Position numbers and translations under genes: made by a program. A stretch of DNA of 64,000 bases, from the NCBI GenBank assembly GCA_036611895.1, contig GCA_036611895.1_4766.1, one strand, 5' to 3'. This stretch comes from a phage. This document shows, piece by piece, positions 34,011 to 44,627 of the stretch (position 1 is its first letter; each line of letters opens with the position of its first letter). The notes below the pieces were generated by a model that searched no databases, was not told the origin of the DNA, and saw nothing but the letters and a program-made list of their open reading frames with translations.

Positions 34011-36694
34011 ACGCACACAACCCTTTTGATGCAAAACAGGATTGGACTAATCCTTACTGCCAGAATAGTTCCAATGACCCAATGGTGGATGCACTACTTG
34101 GTAATGCTTACCATGTGGTTCGTACTGTGTACTGCAACCTGGGTAATCTTAAACTCCTGTATGATTTCCTGAACCAGTATGGAATGGTACTTGGTGTACA
34201 GTCTGAGGCAGAACTTAAGGCTCTAACCACTGATGCTAAATATGCACGTATCTATGGCTTCTCTCGTGCAGGTGATCGTCAGGTTACTGACTACCTGTAT
34301 GTGGAAGGCGACCGTACCGGTATTATTCCAGATGACCCAGAAGCAACTGGTTCGTGGATTACTGTTGCTACTACTGGTTCCAATGGGGGTGGTACTTCCT
34401 CCAGTGAGGGTGCTTATATCCCTTGGGTATACAGCAATGGTTCTGCTACTGGTGGGGAAACTTCCATTAACGTACCGGATGGGACAGTAGGTGTACCCTT
34501 TATTATTGTTAATGGTGATATGCAGTATGTAGGGCGAGGTTTTGAGTTTAACGCAGATAACCTTTCCGTAACTCTGGCTCAGCCTTTGGAAGAAGGTGAT
34601 GAAGTAGTATTCCTTCTGACTGGAGTTCCTGCTGTACCGGACAATCCCAATGTTAATGACTGGGTTCAGATTAACTGGTTATACAACAATGGTGCTGCTG
34701 TAGGTGGTGAGCAGGTTATTGCTGTTCCTTATACCTTCCAGTCTATTCCAGCCGTGTATAAGAATGGGCTTCGTTTGTATAAAGGTTTAGCTTCTGAATC
34801 TTATACTGCTGACCCAGATAACCAACGTATTCTTCTTACTGAACCACTGGCAACCAATGACCGATTAATTGTACAGATTGGTGGTGAAGCACAGGTACTG
34901 GAAACATCAGACCATACTCTTCAGGAAGTTGCTCGTGCTACTAACGTTAAGGATAGTGAGGTAATTCTTAGCACTGACACAACTCAATTCCTAAATGGTA
35001 AGAAGATTGTTTACTCTGTTAGTGAGCAGAAGTCCTATAGATTACCTACATTACCTACTAACGTATTTATTTCTTCCGTTAATGGTAACCAACTAACATA
35101 CAATCCTGGTGGGATTGTTGTTGACCTGCTCCCTGCACCTAATGATGTAATTCCAGTGGAGAATGAGTTGCAGGCATATAAAACGGCTATGGTTACTGAT
35201 GGAGGAACATTAGTAAATTCTGGCTTATCTGGTGTTTCTTCTGCAATTAAGCGAACCATTGATAGCCATTTTAAAGACTACTATAACGTTAAAGATTTTG
35301 GTGCTGTTGGAGACGGTGTAACTGATGATACTGAGGCTATTCAATTAGCGGTATCATTCCTTGGAGATTTAACTACTAAAACTATGTTTAGTAGACCATC
35401 TGTACTGTTTTTCCCTGAGGGTGATTACTTAACCAGTAAGCCCATTATCTTGTGGGATGGTGTTACTTTACGTGGGGCATCTCAATCTTCTACAAGGATT
35501 CAGATGACTTCTTCTACTAATACTACGGAAGTCACTACTAATTCCCCTGTTAGGAATCTTCCACGTAATGTTAACTGTATTCTTGCGGTGTTCTCTTCTG
35601 GAACAGGTTACCCATATAGAACTACTATCTCTGATATTCAATTGTATGGTATAGCCGGTACAGCTGGAGTAACTACAGGCAAAGTAGCCTATGCAATCTA
35701 TGCACCGGAAGCAGCATTTCTAACCGTGGAAAGGGTACGCACTTGGTATACAAACTATGGCATTATGTCATATAACCTGTGGATGAGTACTTTTCGAGAC
35801 TTAGATTTACGCGAACATGCTGAGTGGAGCTTCTTACTATCTAACGATAGTACTGGTAGAGGAGGTTCTACATCTATTTCCCTAGAACGGGTATATGGTC
35901 ATACGAGTGAAGGTGGAATTAAACTATATGGGGCCAATTATTCTACATTGTCTTCCTGTGGAGTAGATGCAGCAGGTTCGTCTAATCCCTCCGCAGCGGA
36001 TGCGGCATCTAAAGCCCCATATGTATTTGAAAGTTGCCAGGGTCTTGTAGCCAATTCTTTAGGCGCAGAATCTATTTATACAAGTCGTTGTATCATTGTT
36101 ATTGGCGGGCATGTAACCCTTAATGAGCCTGATTTATACGCTTGGCGTGGTGATGTCACTGGGCGGCGTATGTATGGAGTACATGTAACGGTAAATGGCA
36201 ACCTAGTACTTAATGGTGGTAGGTTATATGGAATTCAGTTCAGAGCAACTGATGCTACCGAATGCTTTGCAGTAGTACAGTCGGATGGTGTTAATGGGTC
36301 TGTTCAATGCAATGGGTCATTAATTTCTGATGCTTCTGTTGACTCTGAAGGTACAGCGATTGGTAATATTTTCTTTGGTTCCCGTACTTATAGAGGCAGG
36401 ACTATTCAGCAAGAAGCAGGGATATCTAGATACCAGACTAATACCTTAACCCTTATTGCAAGTGTTACTACTGGTGATTTATTCTCATCTGGCTTAGATA
36501 CTACAAGGTATACTGTAATAGATGCTGTAGCTCAAATTCATAGTAATTCCCCTACACTAGACCAGGCAAAGCTAAAAGTGCAGGTTATGAATGTCAGTGC
36601 AAATAGTGCTAGAATTTGGATTATTAATCCAGATGGTACTGCTAACTTCACTGCCCAAACCTTACGTGTAACATTCACATATAGAGTAAATTAA
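34001..36694 (+). CDS. tailspike with pectate-lyase-superfamily beta-helix (candidate polysaccharide depolymerase)
   Basis: 897 aa. YNVKDFGAVGDGVTDDTEAIQLAV is a pectate-lyase-type beta-helix N-cap signature common in phage depolymerase tailspikes. Confidence 0.7.
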   Translation: MAMNAHNPFDAKQDWTNPYCQNSSNDPMVDALLGNAYHVVRTVYCNLGNLKLLYDFLNQYGMVLGVQSEAELKALTTDAKYARIYGFSRAGDRQVTDYLYVEGDRTGIIPDDPEATGSWITVATTGSNGGGTSSSEGAYIPWVYSNGSATGGETSINVPDGTVGVPFIIVNGDMQYVGRGFEFNADNLSVTLAQPLEEGDEVVFLLTGVPAVPDNPNVNDWVQINWLYNNGAAVGGEQVIAVPYTFQSIPAVYKNGLRLYKGLASESYTADPDNQRILLTEPLATNDRLIVQIGGEAQVLETSDHTLQEVARATNVKDSEVILSTDTTQFLNGKKIVYSVSEQKSYRLPTLPTNVFISSVNGNQLTYNPGGIVVDLLPAPNDVIPVENELQAYKTAMVTDGGTLVNSGLSGVSSAIKRTIDSHFKDYYNVKDFGAVGDGVTDDTEAIQLAVSFLGDLTTKTMFSRPSVLFFPEGDYLTSKPIILWDGVTLRGASQSSTRIQMTSSTNTTEVTTNSPVRNLPRNVNCILAVFSSGTGYPYRTTISDIQLYGIAGTAGVTTGKVAYAIYAPEAAFLTVERVRTWYTNYGIMSYNLWMSTFRDLDLREHAEWSFLLSNDSTGRGGSTSISLERVYGHTSEGGIKLYGANYSTLSSCGVDAAGSSNPSAADAASKAPYVFESCQGLVANSLGAESIYTSRCIIVIGGHVTLNEPDLYAWRGDVTGRRMYGVHVTVNGNLVLNGGRLYGIQFRATDATECFAVVQSDGVNGSVQCNGSLISDASVDSEGTAIGNIFFGSRTYRGRTIQQEAGISRYQTNTLTLIASVTTGDLFSSGLDTTRYTVIDAVAQIHSNSPTLDQAKLKVQVMNVSANSARIWIINPDGTANFTAQTLRVTFTYRVN

Positions 36695-36700
36695 ACTTTA

Positions 36701-36726
36701 CCCCCCTCTTCGGAGGGGGTTTTACT
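36701..36726 (+). terminator. intrinsic terminator after tailspike 1
   Basis: cccccctc-ttcg-gagggggg hairpin followed by tttt. Confidence 0.6.
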
Positions 36727-36746
36727 AGAAAAACAAAGAGGTCGTT

Positions 36747-38804
36747 ATGAACGAGTTATTCTCACAAGGTGGTAAAGGCTCTACTGGTATTCTTACCAAT
36801 AAACAAGCCATTGCTCGTAAGTTCGGTGTTAAGCATAATGAAGTAGTCTACTTTGCTGTAGGTGTAGACTTGGGTGGTTATAAAGTCATCTATGACAAGT
36901 CTACTCAGCGTGCTTATTCTTTACCTGCACTACCGGTAGGAACCACTGCTGTAAGTCTCAATGTACATGCAGTTCTGGTTCATTCAGCAGGTACAGTTGA
37001 TTTGGGTGAACTGGCTGCTACACGTAGGGAGTTCGTAAACCTATCCGACTCGTTTGCTACCGGTTTAATCGTGAATACTAGAAATGAATTACTATTCCAT
37101 AATGGTATAGGTTACACCTACTTAGGCACTCTACCTGTAACAATTACCGCAGGAATTAATCCAGTTGGCAACCCCGATTGGAAACCTCAGACAGACCCGA
37201 ATTTTGGGCGGGATGAAGTTAATGATGACATTCGTGCTTACGTTAGAGACGGCGATCCCATCGCCCCAGACTATACTCAAGCATTAAAGCGAGCTATAGC
37301 AAGTGGTCGTGGTCGTGTTTACATTAATGTACCTGTTGAGATTAAAGAGGATTTGACAATCCCACGTCTTTTCCGGGTAGATGTAGATAAAAACGGGTAT
37401 ATATACTCAACGACAAATAAAGTTCGTATTGAGGGTTTTATTAACTCAATAGGTGGTGGTGATCCGTATCGCAACTATATCAAACAATACGGGGTCAATT
37501 CCTCTACCGTCCCGGGCGTGTACATGGCTAACGTAGTGGTCAATATCCCGGAAGACTTCCCTACGATGCAGGCCGCTATAGATGCCGTACCGGATAACTA
37601 CTGGCAGTTTATTACCTTGCAGATATCTGATGGAATCTACGACGAAGATTTGGTTATTCGTAATAAGAAGGGTTGCTGCCCTACGTTCCCACCAGCTTCT
37701 GGTCAGCAGGCAATTCTGGTTATCACTAGTAAGTCTAAAGACAGGTCTAAAGTGAGCTTCCGCTCAGCTCAGGTATTTTCTTGCGGTGGTACTCCATTCT
37801 CTCCTAATCTGGAGAACCTTAACTTCACTAACCGTACGCACAGTGATGAGGATTGTTCTGTAGAATTCTACGGCTGCACTAGTGGAGCAGTTAATAAGTG
37901 CAGCTTTAATGGTGTAGGCGTAGACAAGTGCATCGAAGCATACAACAGCATAATTATCGTAGAAGCGTGCCACTTCGGGGATAATATCAACGATAAAGGA
38001 ATGGTAGTTAAGCATGGCGGTACTATCTTGTCTGCCTCTACTCAGATTGGTGGTATACTGCAACCTATTACTGGAACCTTAAAGTCCTGGGTAGCAGTAG
38101 GTATTGGTGGCACTATCATAGCTAACGACCTCAGTTCTTGTATTGGCAAGGTAGCACAGTCTCGCGTAGATGGCGTGCAGTCAGGGGTAATAGTTGAAAC
38201 CGTAAGTAAGAGCATTAACGGAGTAACTAACTTCTTCAGACTAGCTACCACTCGCCACCATACGCAATTCCAGGATTATGACAAGTTCACTAATACTGTA
38301 ACTGGTTCGGGTTCCAGTCTTAATTACTACCCTGAAGGGGGGTTAGTGGTTAATGCGGGTACTGCCGGAGGTACTGCCCTGCTTCGCTATAAAAGAGAAC
38401 GTCGCCTAGTTCGTCAGCATGAAACCTCTAACTATTTAGGCTTTGCTGTAGCCTGCACAGTCCCCAGTGGAGTGACCGCACTTAACTGTCATTTAGTATG
38501 TGGCTCAGTGGAAAGTGGCAACTACTTCGGTATCCGTTATATCAATAATGTCGCTCATGGCGTCATCTGCCGGGGAGGAGTAGAAACTACTACTCCATTA
38601 GCTTATAGCACTGAAACTATATGTACATGGACGTGTAAGTATTTAGGTAAGGGTGATGGTCAAGTATTGTTTATGTATGATGATGTATATGCTGGGCATA
38701 TTAATGGCATTAAGCTTGCTTCTTACGATGGCACGTATTTCGAAGCTAACGTAACCAACGCTCGCACGCAACTGTACGAACTTGAGTTCGTAAGCAGTAT
38801 GTAA
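36747..38804 (+). CDS. second tailspike/tail fibre protein with beta-helix-like repeats
   Basis: 685 aa. Gly/Asn/Val-rich repeats with periodic Cys (GCTSGAVNKCSFNGVGVDKC), Thr/Ser-rich segments. Confidence 0.55.
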   Translation: MNELFSQGGKGSTGILTNKQAIARKFGVKHNEVVYFAVGVDLGGYKVIYDKSTQRAYSLPALPVGTTAVSLNVHAVLVHSAGTVDLGELAATRREFVNLSDSFATGLIVNTRNELLFHNGIGYTYLGTLPVTITAGINPVGNPDWKPQTDPNFGRDEVNDDIRAYVRDGDPIAPDYTQALKRAIASGRGRVYINVPVEIKEDLTIPRLFRVDVDKNGYIYSTTNKVRIEGFINSIGGGDPYRNYIKQYGVNSSTVPGVYMANVVVNIPEDFPTMQAAIDAVPDNYWQFITLQISDGIYDEDLVIRNKKGCCPTFPPASGQQAILVITSKSKDRSKVSFRSAQVFSCGGTPFSPNLENLNFTNRTHSDEDCSVEFYGCTSGAVNKCSFNGVGVDKCIEAYNSIIIVEACHFGDNINDKGMVVKHGGTILSASTQIGGILQPITGTLKSWVAVGIGGTIIANDLSSCIGKVAQSRVDGVQSGVIVETVSKSINGVTNFFRLATTRHHTQFQDYDKFTNTVTGSGSSLNYYPEGGLVVNAGTAGGTALLRYKRERRLVRQHETSNYLGFAVACTVPSGVTALNCHLVCGSVESGNYFGIRYINNVAHGVICRGGVETTTPLAYSTETICTWTCKYLGKGDGQVLFMYDDVYAGHINGIKLASYDGTYFEANVTNARTQLYELEFVSSM

Positions 38805-38813
38805 ATAAAACTA

Positions 38814-38840
38814 AGCCCCCTTAACTGGGGGCTTTTCTTA
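38814..38840 (+). terminator. intrinsic terminator after tailspike 2
   Basis: agccccc-ttaact-gggggct followed by tttctt. Confidence 0.6.
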
Positions 38841-39053
38841 TATAGAGTCTACTGTTTGCATTACCCTAATGGATACTGATGTTAAGATTATTACTTGCCC
38901 AGATATATTAAACATACCCAACTGAATACCATCCACCATGAGTTGATACCAGATACTACGTCTGGATGTATTTCATCATACTAAGTATTATCTAAGAGTC
39001 ATCTTATGATATGACCCTATTGGGGATTCTAACTACACAACTACGGTAATATT

Positions 39054-39383
39054 ATGAATGAATCGGGTGAACTACTCCTAGTCAGACTGGAGGAACGATT
39101 GAAGACTCTGTTTGAGAACCAGACAAGGGAAAGGCAGGACCGTGAGAAACTGGAGGAAACTCTGGTAGAACTACGGGATTCAATCAATGACATAGGCAAT
39201 AGGCTGAAAAATGTGGAGGATAGCTTAGCTAAGAATGAACCTACTATTGAAGAGTTCATTACCATTAAGCATAAAGTTGTTGGTGCTGGGATTTTCGGTA
39301 AGTGGGTATGGGCTGGGGCAGGTGCAATTATTGGTGTATTGGCTGCTGCAAGACGGGAGATTTTCACATGGTTCGCAGGCTAA
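39054..39383 (+). CDS. coiled-coil protein with C-terminal transmembrane segment (lysis-module membrane protein)
   Basis: 109 aa. C-terminal VVGAGIFGKWVWAGAGAIIGVLAAA hydrophobic helix. Confidence 0.4.
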   Translation: MNESGELLLVRLEERLKTLFENQTRERQDREKLEETLVELRDSINDIGNRLKNVEDSLAKNEPTIEEFITIKHKVVGAGIFGKWVWAGAGAIIGVLAAARREIFTWFAG

Positions 39384-39628
39384 AGAGAAAGATTGAGTTA
39401 GTACCCAATTGGAAAAGGTGCTGGAAGTGGGCATCTATTCAGATTAGTACATTTGGATTAATTATGTTTTCTGCCATAGATATCATTCAACCAATGTTGA
39501 CAGGACTACCCCGTCATATCCTGGAAGATATTCCCCATGGTTCCAATATTGCAATCGCACTGTTTGCCTTAAACATTGTAGGCAGATTAATACGATTCCG
39601 ACCAAAGGAAAATTCACATGAAAGCTAA
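39368..39628 (+). CDS. holin candidate (start at internal ATG)
   Basis: ORF track 39302..39628; from MVRRLKRK two hydrophobic helices (WASIQISTFGLIMFSAIDII, IAIALFALNIVG); sits before the endolysin. Confidence 0.4.
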   Translation: MVRRLKRKIELVPNWKRCWKWASIQISTFGLIMFSAIDIIQPMLTGLPRHILEDIPHGSNIAIALFALNIVGRLIRFRPKENSHES

Positions 39629-40253
39629 ACAGAAACTTGCTGCGAAAGGAGGTGCAGTGGGAGGAGTTGTCGCTGCTATCCTGGGGGCAGTGTTCTATAT
39701 GGAAGGGGGATATGTAAACAATCCTCGTGACCCAGGTGGGGAAACTAATCATGGAATTACCCAATCTGTAGCTAAATCTCATAAAGAAGTCCTGGCTACT
39801 GAGTATGGTTGGGATGGTTCTATGAAAGGTTTATCAAAAGAGATGGCTGCTGAGATATACATTGATGACTATGTACTTAAGCCTAACTTCGTAGCCTTCG
39901 CTGATATATCTCCTGCTGTAACACACAAGCTGGTAGATGCTGGTGTTAACACTGGTGTAACCCGTCCTGCTAAGTGGTTGCAGTTATCTCTTAATGAAAT
40001 GTCCCGTAATGGCAAAGACTACCCTAAAATACAGGTTGATGGTAAAGTCGGTACAAGTACTGTTAATGCATATAAAGCATTACAGAAAAAACGAGGCAAA
40101 GTTGCAGCATGTCAGGTAATGATTAAGTTACTTGACGCCAAACAACTGAACCACTACACCTCATTAAACATGCCAGACTTTACGTATGGTTGGGTAGCTA
40201 ACCGAATAGGCAATGTGCCACTGGAGGCATGTAATGAAGATGCTAATCTCTAA
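39618..40253 (+). CDS. SAR endolysin, glycoside hydrolase family 108 N-acetylmuramidase-like
   Basis: 211 aa. Gly/Ala-rich N-terminal signal-anchor (GGAVGGVVAAILGAVFY) followed by EGGYVNNPRDPGGETNHGIT GH108 signature. Confidence 0.7.
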   Translation: MKAKQKLAAKGGAVGGVVAAILGAVFYMEGGYVNNPRDPGGETNHGITQSVAKSHKEVLATEYGWDGSMKGLSKEMAAEIYIDDYVLKPNFVAFADISPAVTHKLVDAGVNTGVTRPAKWLQLSLNEMSRNGKDYPKIQVDGKVGTSTVNAYKALQKKRGKVAACQVMIKLLDAKQLNHYTSLNMPDFTYGWVANRIGNVPLEACNEDANL

Positions 40254-40740
40254 AGGTTGGCCTTATCTTCTGGTGGTGGTCCTTGGGGCCACCATTTACT
40301 TTTGGGGTAATTCCAATGGGCAGTCTACTGTTCAAAAGAAATGGGATGCTCAAAAGGTTGAAGACCAAAAGGCAACACAAAAATTACAGGACAAATACAA
40401 TGCTCTCCAAAGAAACCATAGTTATGAAGTCGGGTTACTCACTTCCCGGTTGCAGACGGCTGAGAGTAATTACGCAAGCGAGCTTGCTCGCGTTAGCAGT
40501 GATTACGACAGCCGGATGCAACAGTCTGAAAGACGAGCATCGGTATATAAACGTCAAGCCGAAGCCGGAGCCTTTGAGTGCAGAAGTCTTGCAAGCCATG
40601 CAGCCAGACTCGACAACAGTCTTGAAGAAGGCAGACGTTTGGTTGAAGAACTCCGGGCAACTGTTAGACTCCGTGACAGCCAACTAATTGAGTTGGGTAA
40701 ACAGATTCAGGCTGACCGTAAACTTTTTGAACAGGAATAA
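40234..40740 (+). CDS. i-spanin (Rz-like)
   Basis: Start at ATG with GGAGG RBS ([23 protein letters not shown]): N-terminal TM helix then long coiled-coil periplasmic domain. Confidence 0.55.
   Translation: MKMLISKGWPYLLVVVLGATIYFWGNSNGQSTVQKKWDAQKVEDQKATQKLQDKYNALQRNHSYEVGLLTSRLQTAESNYASELARVSSDYDSRMQQSERRASVYKRQAEAGAFECRSLASHAARLDNSLEEGRRLVEELRATVRLRDSQLIELGKQIQADRKLFEQE
40400..40687 (+). CDS. o-spanin (Rz1-like lipoprotein) embedded in +1 frame of i-spanin gene
   Basis: From ORF track 40283..40687; signal peptide with lipobox-like ITTAG-C, Pro-rich mature part (KPKPEP). Confidence 0.5.
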   Translation: MLSKETIVMKSGYSLPGCRRLRVITQASLLALAVITTAGCNSLKDEHRYINVKPKPEPLSAEVLQAMQPDSTTVLKKADVWLKNSGQLLDSVTAN

Positions 40741-40742
40741 CT

Positions 40743-43013
40743 ATGGAACACCAAGACACTTTTAAGCCTTTACCAGACCCGGCTCAATCAGAGAAGTTAA
40801 CGGACTGGAAGAAGGAACCAAGTATCCAATTACTGAAAGGTGATTTGGAATCAGCTAAACCTGCTCACGATGCAATCATGGCACAGATTCGTGAGTGGAA
40901 TGACCTGATGGAAGTTAAGGGTAAGGCTAAACCCCCAAAGGTTAAAGGACGATCCCAAGTCCAACCTAGACTGGTTCGCCGTCAGGCAGAGTGGCGTTAT
41001 GCTCCATTGTCTGAACCATTCCTCTCATCCAATAAACTTTTCAAGGTAACCCCTGTAACTTTTGAAGATGAGTTAGCTGCACGTCAGAATGAATTAGTTC
41101 TTAACTACCAATTCCGTACTCAGCTTAATAAAGTAAAACTGGTAGATGATTATGTTCACAGTATCGTAGATGACGGTACTGGTATTGCTCGCATTGGTTG
41201 GGAACGTAAGACTGTTAAGATTAAAACAGAAACTCCAGTCTTCCAGTTGTATCCGATTGAGAACCAAGAACAAGCAGATATTCTTCAGCAGGCTTTACAG
41301 CTTCAGGCAGAAAATCCTCGTGAGTATGATGAAACAATGCCCGAAGATATTAAGGAAGCTGTTAACTACTTCAATGAAACTGGAGAAGCTACCTATGCAA
41401 TCCAGACTGGTGTTACTGAGGTAGAGGTAGAGAAAGCACTGGTTAACAGACCGACTGTTGAAATGCTTAACCCCAATAACGTAGTTATTGACCCAAGCTG
41501 TAATGGGGACTTGGACAAAGCTTTGTATGCAGTTATCTCGTTTGAGACATGCAAAGCAGACCTCATGAAGAACAAGGACCGTTACCACAATCTGGATAAG
41601 ATTGACTGGGAAAGTTCTAGTCCTATGACTGACCCAGACCATGAAAGTAAAACTCCTAGTGACTTTCAGTTTAAAGATGCACTACGTAAGAAAGTAGTTG
41701 CTTATGAATACTGGGGATTCTACGACATCAATGATGATGGTTCGCTGGAACCAATTGTTGCTACCTGGATTGGTTCTACTCTTATCCGTATGGAGAAGAA
41801 CCCATTCCCGGATGGTAAGTTACCGTTGGTAGTTGTTCCTTACATGCCACGTAAACGTGAACTCTATGGTGAAGCTGATGCTGAATTGTTAGGTGATAAT
41901 CAAGCAATTCTTGGTGCAACTATGCGTGGGATGATTGACCTGTTGGGTCGAAGTGCAAATGGACAACGTGGTTATCCTAAAGGGATGTTAGATACCCTTA
42001 ACCGTCGTCGTTATGATGATGGACAAGACTATGAATACAACCCAATGCAGGGTAACCCTAGTCAGGCCATTATGGAACATAAGTTCCCTGAGTTACCTCA
42101 GTCGGCAATAGTAATGACTCAGATGCAGAACCAGGAAGCAGAAGCACTAACAGGTGTTAAAGCATTCTCTGGTGGCGTAACTGGTGAAGCTTACGGTGAT
42201 GTTGCTGCTGGTATTCGTGGTGTACTCGATGCAGCATCCAAACGTGAGATGGCAATCCTTCGTCGATTAGCTAAGGGTATGGCAGACATTGGTACTAAGA
42301 TTTGTGCAATGAATGCTGTGTTCTTATCTGAGAAGGAAGTGGTACGTATTACTAATGAGCAGTATGTAGAAATTAACCGTGAAGACCTTAAAGGTAACTT
42401 CGATATTGAAGTTGATATTAATACTGCTGAGATTGATAACCAGAAATCTCAAGACCTGAGCTTCATGGTTCAAACGTTAGGTAATACAGTGGACCAGACT
42501 ATTACGTTATCTCTTGTAGCTAAGATTGCAGAACTTAAACGTATGCCTGACCTTGCTCATGAGTTACGTACCTGGCGACCACAACCAGACCCTATGGAAG
42601 AACAGCTTAAGCAATTGGCAATTCAGAAAGCACAGCTTGAGAATGAAGAGTTGAAAAGTAAGATTGCACTCAATAATGCTAAAGCGAAAGAAGCTATTTC
42701 TAGTGGTGACCTTAAAGACCTGGATTATCTGGAACAGGAATCTGGTACTAAACATGCTCGTGATATGGAGAAACAAAAAGCACAATCTCAAGGAAACCAG
42801 AACCTTCAGATAACTAAGGCGTTGACAACACCTACTAAAGAAGGTGAAACTACCCCCAACATATCTGCTGCTGTCGGATATAACGCTTTGACTAACGGGA
42901 ACTCTTTACAGGAACGTGACTTAGCTGCACAGCAAGACCCGACTTATTCACTTAGTTCCCAGTATTATGACCCTAGCCAAGACCCAGCATCGGCTCTTGG
43001 TATGAACTTATAA
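40743..43013 (+). CDS. portal protein
   Basis: 756 aa; size and position upstream of scaffold and major capsid genes, matching N4-like late-region synteny as recalled. No motif-level confirmation. Confidence 0.6.
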   Translation: MEHQDTFKPLPDPAQSEKLTDWKKEPSIQLLKGDLESAKPAHDAIMAQIREWNDLMEVKGKAKPPKVKGRSQVQPRLVRRQAEWRYAPLSEPFLSSNKLFKVTPVTFEDELAARQNELVLNYQFRTQLNKVKLVDDYVHSIVDDGTGIARIGWERKTVKIKTETPVFQLYPIENQEQADILQQALQLQAENPREYDETMPEDIKEAVNYFNETGEATYAIQTGVTEVEVEKALVNRPTVEMLNPNNVVIDPSCNGDLDKALYAVISFETCKADLMKNKDRYHNLDKIDWESSSPMTDPDHESKTPSDFQFKDALRKKVVAYEYWGFYDINDDGSLEPIVATWIGSTLIRMEKNPFPDGKLPLVVVPYMPRKRELYGEADAELLGDNQAILGATMRGMIDLLGRSANGQRGYPKGMLDTLNRRRYDDGQDYEYNPMQGNPSQAIMEHKFPELPQSAIVMTQMQNQEAEALTGVKAFSGGVTGEAYGDVAAGIRGVLDAASKREMAILRRLAKGMADIGTKICAMNAVFLSEKEVVRITNEQYVEINREDLKGNFDIEVDINTAEIDNQKSQDLSFMVQTLGNTVDQTITLSLVAKIAELKRMPDLAHELRTWRPQPDPMEEQLKQLAIQKAQLENEELKSKIALNNAKAKEAISSGDLKDLDYLEQESGTKHARDMEKQKAQSQGNQNLQITKALTTPTKEGETTPNISAAVGYNALTNGNSLQERDLAAQQDPTYSLSSQYYDPSQDPASALGMNL

Positions 43014-43026
43014 GGCAGACCTTCAC

Positions 43027-43371
43027 ATGAGTAAAGAATCAACAATCGCAGGACTGGAACATCGACTGGAAGCTGCTAAAGGTGCAGTTGCACATGCAGA
43101 AGATGTACGTAAACTTCTGGAGAATCCACTGTTCCGTAAAGTAATCCTTCGCCAATTCTGTGTGGAAGATTGTGCACGTTACGTACAAGAGTCTGGTGAT
43201 CCACTGCTTGAATCGAATAACCGTGCAGATGCACTGAACATGGCTCAAGCTGCTGGTCACTTACGTCGTTGGCTCGACCTCGCTATTCGTATGGGTGAAA
43301 ATGAAGCTGACGTTATTCTTCAGGTAGAAGAAGAACTCGACGCAGTTCGTGCTGAACCTGAAGACGAATAA
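43027..43371 (+). CDS. hypothetical protein (114 aa)
   Basis: ORF track. Confidence 0.5.
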   Translation: MSKESTIAGLEHRLEAAKGAVAHAEDVRKLLENPLFRKVILRQFCVEDCARYVQESGDPLLESNNRADALNMAQAAGHLRRWLDLAIRMGENEADVILQVEEELDAVRAEPEDE

Positions 43372-43390
43372 TTAACCGGAGATATTTCCT

Positions 43391-44611
43391 ATGACTACGG
43401 AAGCTGCAACCACAGCTTCCGACATTCTCGCAATGTCGGATGATGAGATTCTGAATATGGAAGCCCCAGCAATTATTGCTGAGGAAGATACTTCCACTCA
43501 GAACAACCCAGAAACCAACGGCGTACAGACTCCTGATGAAGAAGTTGACCCCTCTGCTGTTGAAGACCTACCAACCGAAGAAACCTCCCCTGAAACTGAG
43601 CCAGTTGAAGATGATTCAGCAAATTCTTTAACTTCTGATAAAGTTGATGATAAAGTTGTTGACACAGAAGTTGATAGTAACGGTGAGCCGATTACTAAAG
43701 CTGAACCTTCTACTACTGAACCAGGCCAGGAACAGAAAGAAGAAGGCAAACAGTCTGAAGGTCTGCCTGCTGACTTCAACTATAAGGAAGGTTATGAAAA
43801 GTTGATGGCTCCTTTTAAAGCTAACGGCAAAATGATTACTCCCCGTTCTCCGGAGGAGGCCATTAGCCTGATGCAGATGGGTGCTAACTATACTCGTAAG
43901 ATGCAAGAACTTCAGCCGTACCGTAAGGTAATGCTGATGTTACAGAACAACGGTTTAATGGATGAGGAAAAACTTTCTTTCCTGATTGACCTGGATAAAA
44001 AGAATCCTGAAGCCATTAAAAAGTTGTTGAAAGACTCTGGTACAGATCCTCTGGACTTTAATCCAGAGGAGGAAATTAACTACCAGGGTGGCAAACACCG
44101 TGTTACAGACACCGAAGCAGATTTTGCAACCGAAATTGACGACTTAAAGTCTACTCAAGAAGGACAAGCTACATTAGGTGTTATTAGTTCGACATGGGAT
44201 GCTGCCAGTAAAGATGCTCTTTATCAGAATCGTGGCTTACTCCACACCATTCACGAACAGCGTGAGAATGGTATTTATGACACCATTGCTAATGAAGTGA
44301 ATCGTCTTCAGGTGTTAGGTCAGATTCCGGTAGGTACTCCGTTTATTCAGGCTTATAACTACGTTGGTAACCTCCTTGCACAACAGGGAGCATTTAACCA
44401 AGTAGCTAAGCCTGAACCGGTACAAGCAGTTAAACCAGCAGTTCAGCCGGTAGTGCGTGTAGCACAACCTAAGCAGACTCTGGCTAACAGTGAGCAAGCT
44501 AAAGCAGCTTCCCTTAATCGGGCTGCTACACGTAAAGCAACACCTATTGTGAACCCACTCGCTATGAGTGATGAAGATTTCGCTAAACTCCCAGTACCGG
44601 GTAGTCTTTAA
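43391..44611 (+). CDS. putative scaffolding protein
   Basis: 406 aa; highly acidic low-complexity N-terminus, helical C-terminal half; directly upstream of capsid gene. Confidence 0.45.
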   Translation: MTTEAATTASDILAMSDDEILNMEAPAIIAEEDTSTQNNPETNGVQTPDEEVDPSAVEDLPTEETSPETEPVEDDSANSLTSDKVDDKVVDTEVDSNGEPITKAEPSTTEPGQEQKEEGKQSEGLPADFNYKEGYEKLMAPFKANGKMITPRSPEEAISLMQMGANYTRKMQELQPYRKVMLMLQNNGLMDEEKLSFLIDLDKKNPEAIKKLLKDSGTDPLDFNPEEEINYQGGKHRVTDTEADFATEIDDLKSTQEGQATLGVISSTWDAASKDALYQNRGLLHTIHEQRENGIYDTIANEVNRLQVLGQIPVGTPFIQAYNYVGNLLAQQGAFNQVAKPEPVQAVKPAVQPVVRVAQPKQTLANSEQAKAASLNRAATRKATPIVNPLAMSDEDFAKLPVPGSL

Positions 44612-44627
44612 ACAGGAATGAGATGAT

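Noticed and set aside
39041-39367. 108-aa minus-strand ORF over the lysis-module membrane protein gene
   Set aside because: Opposite strand to the whole late operon and overlapping a better-supported plus-strand gene.
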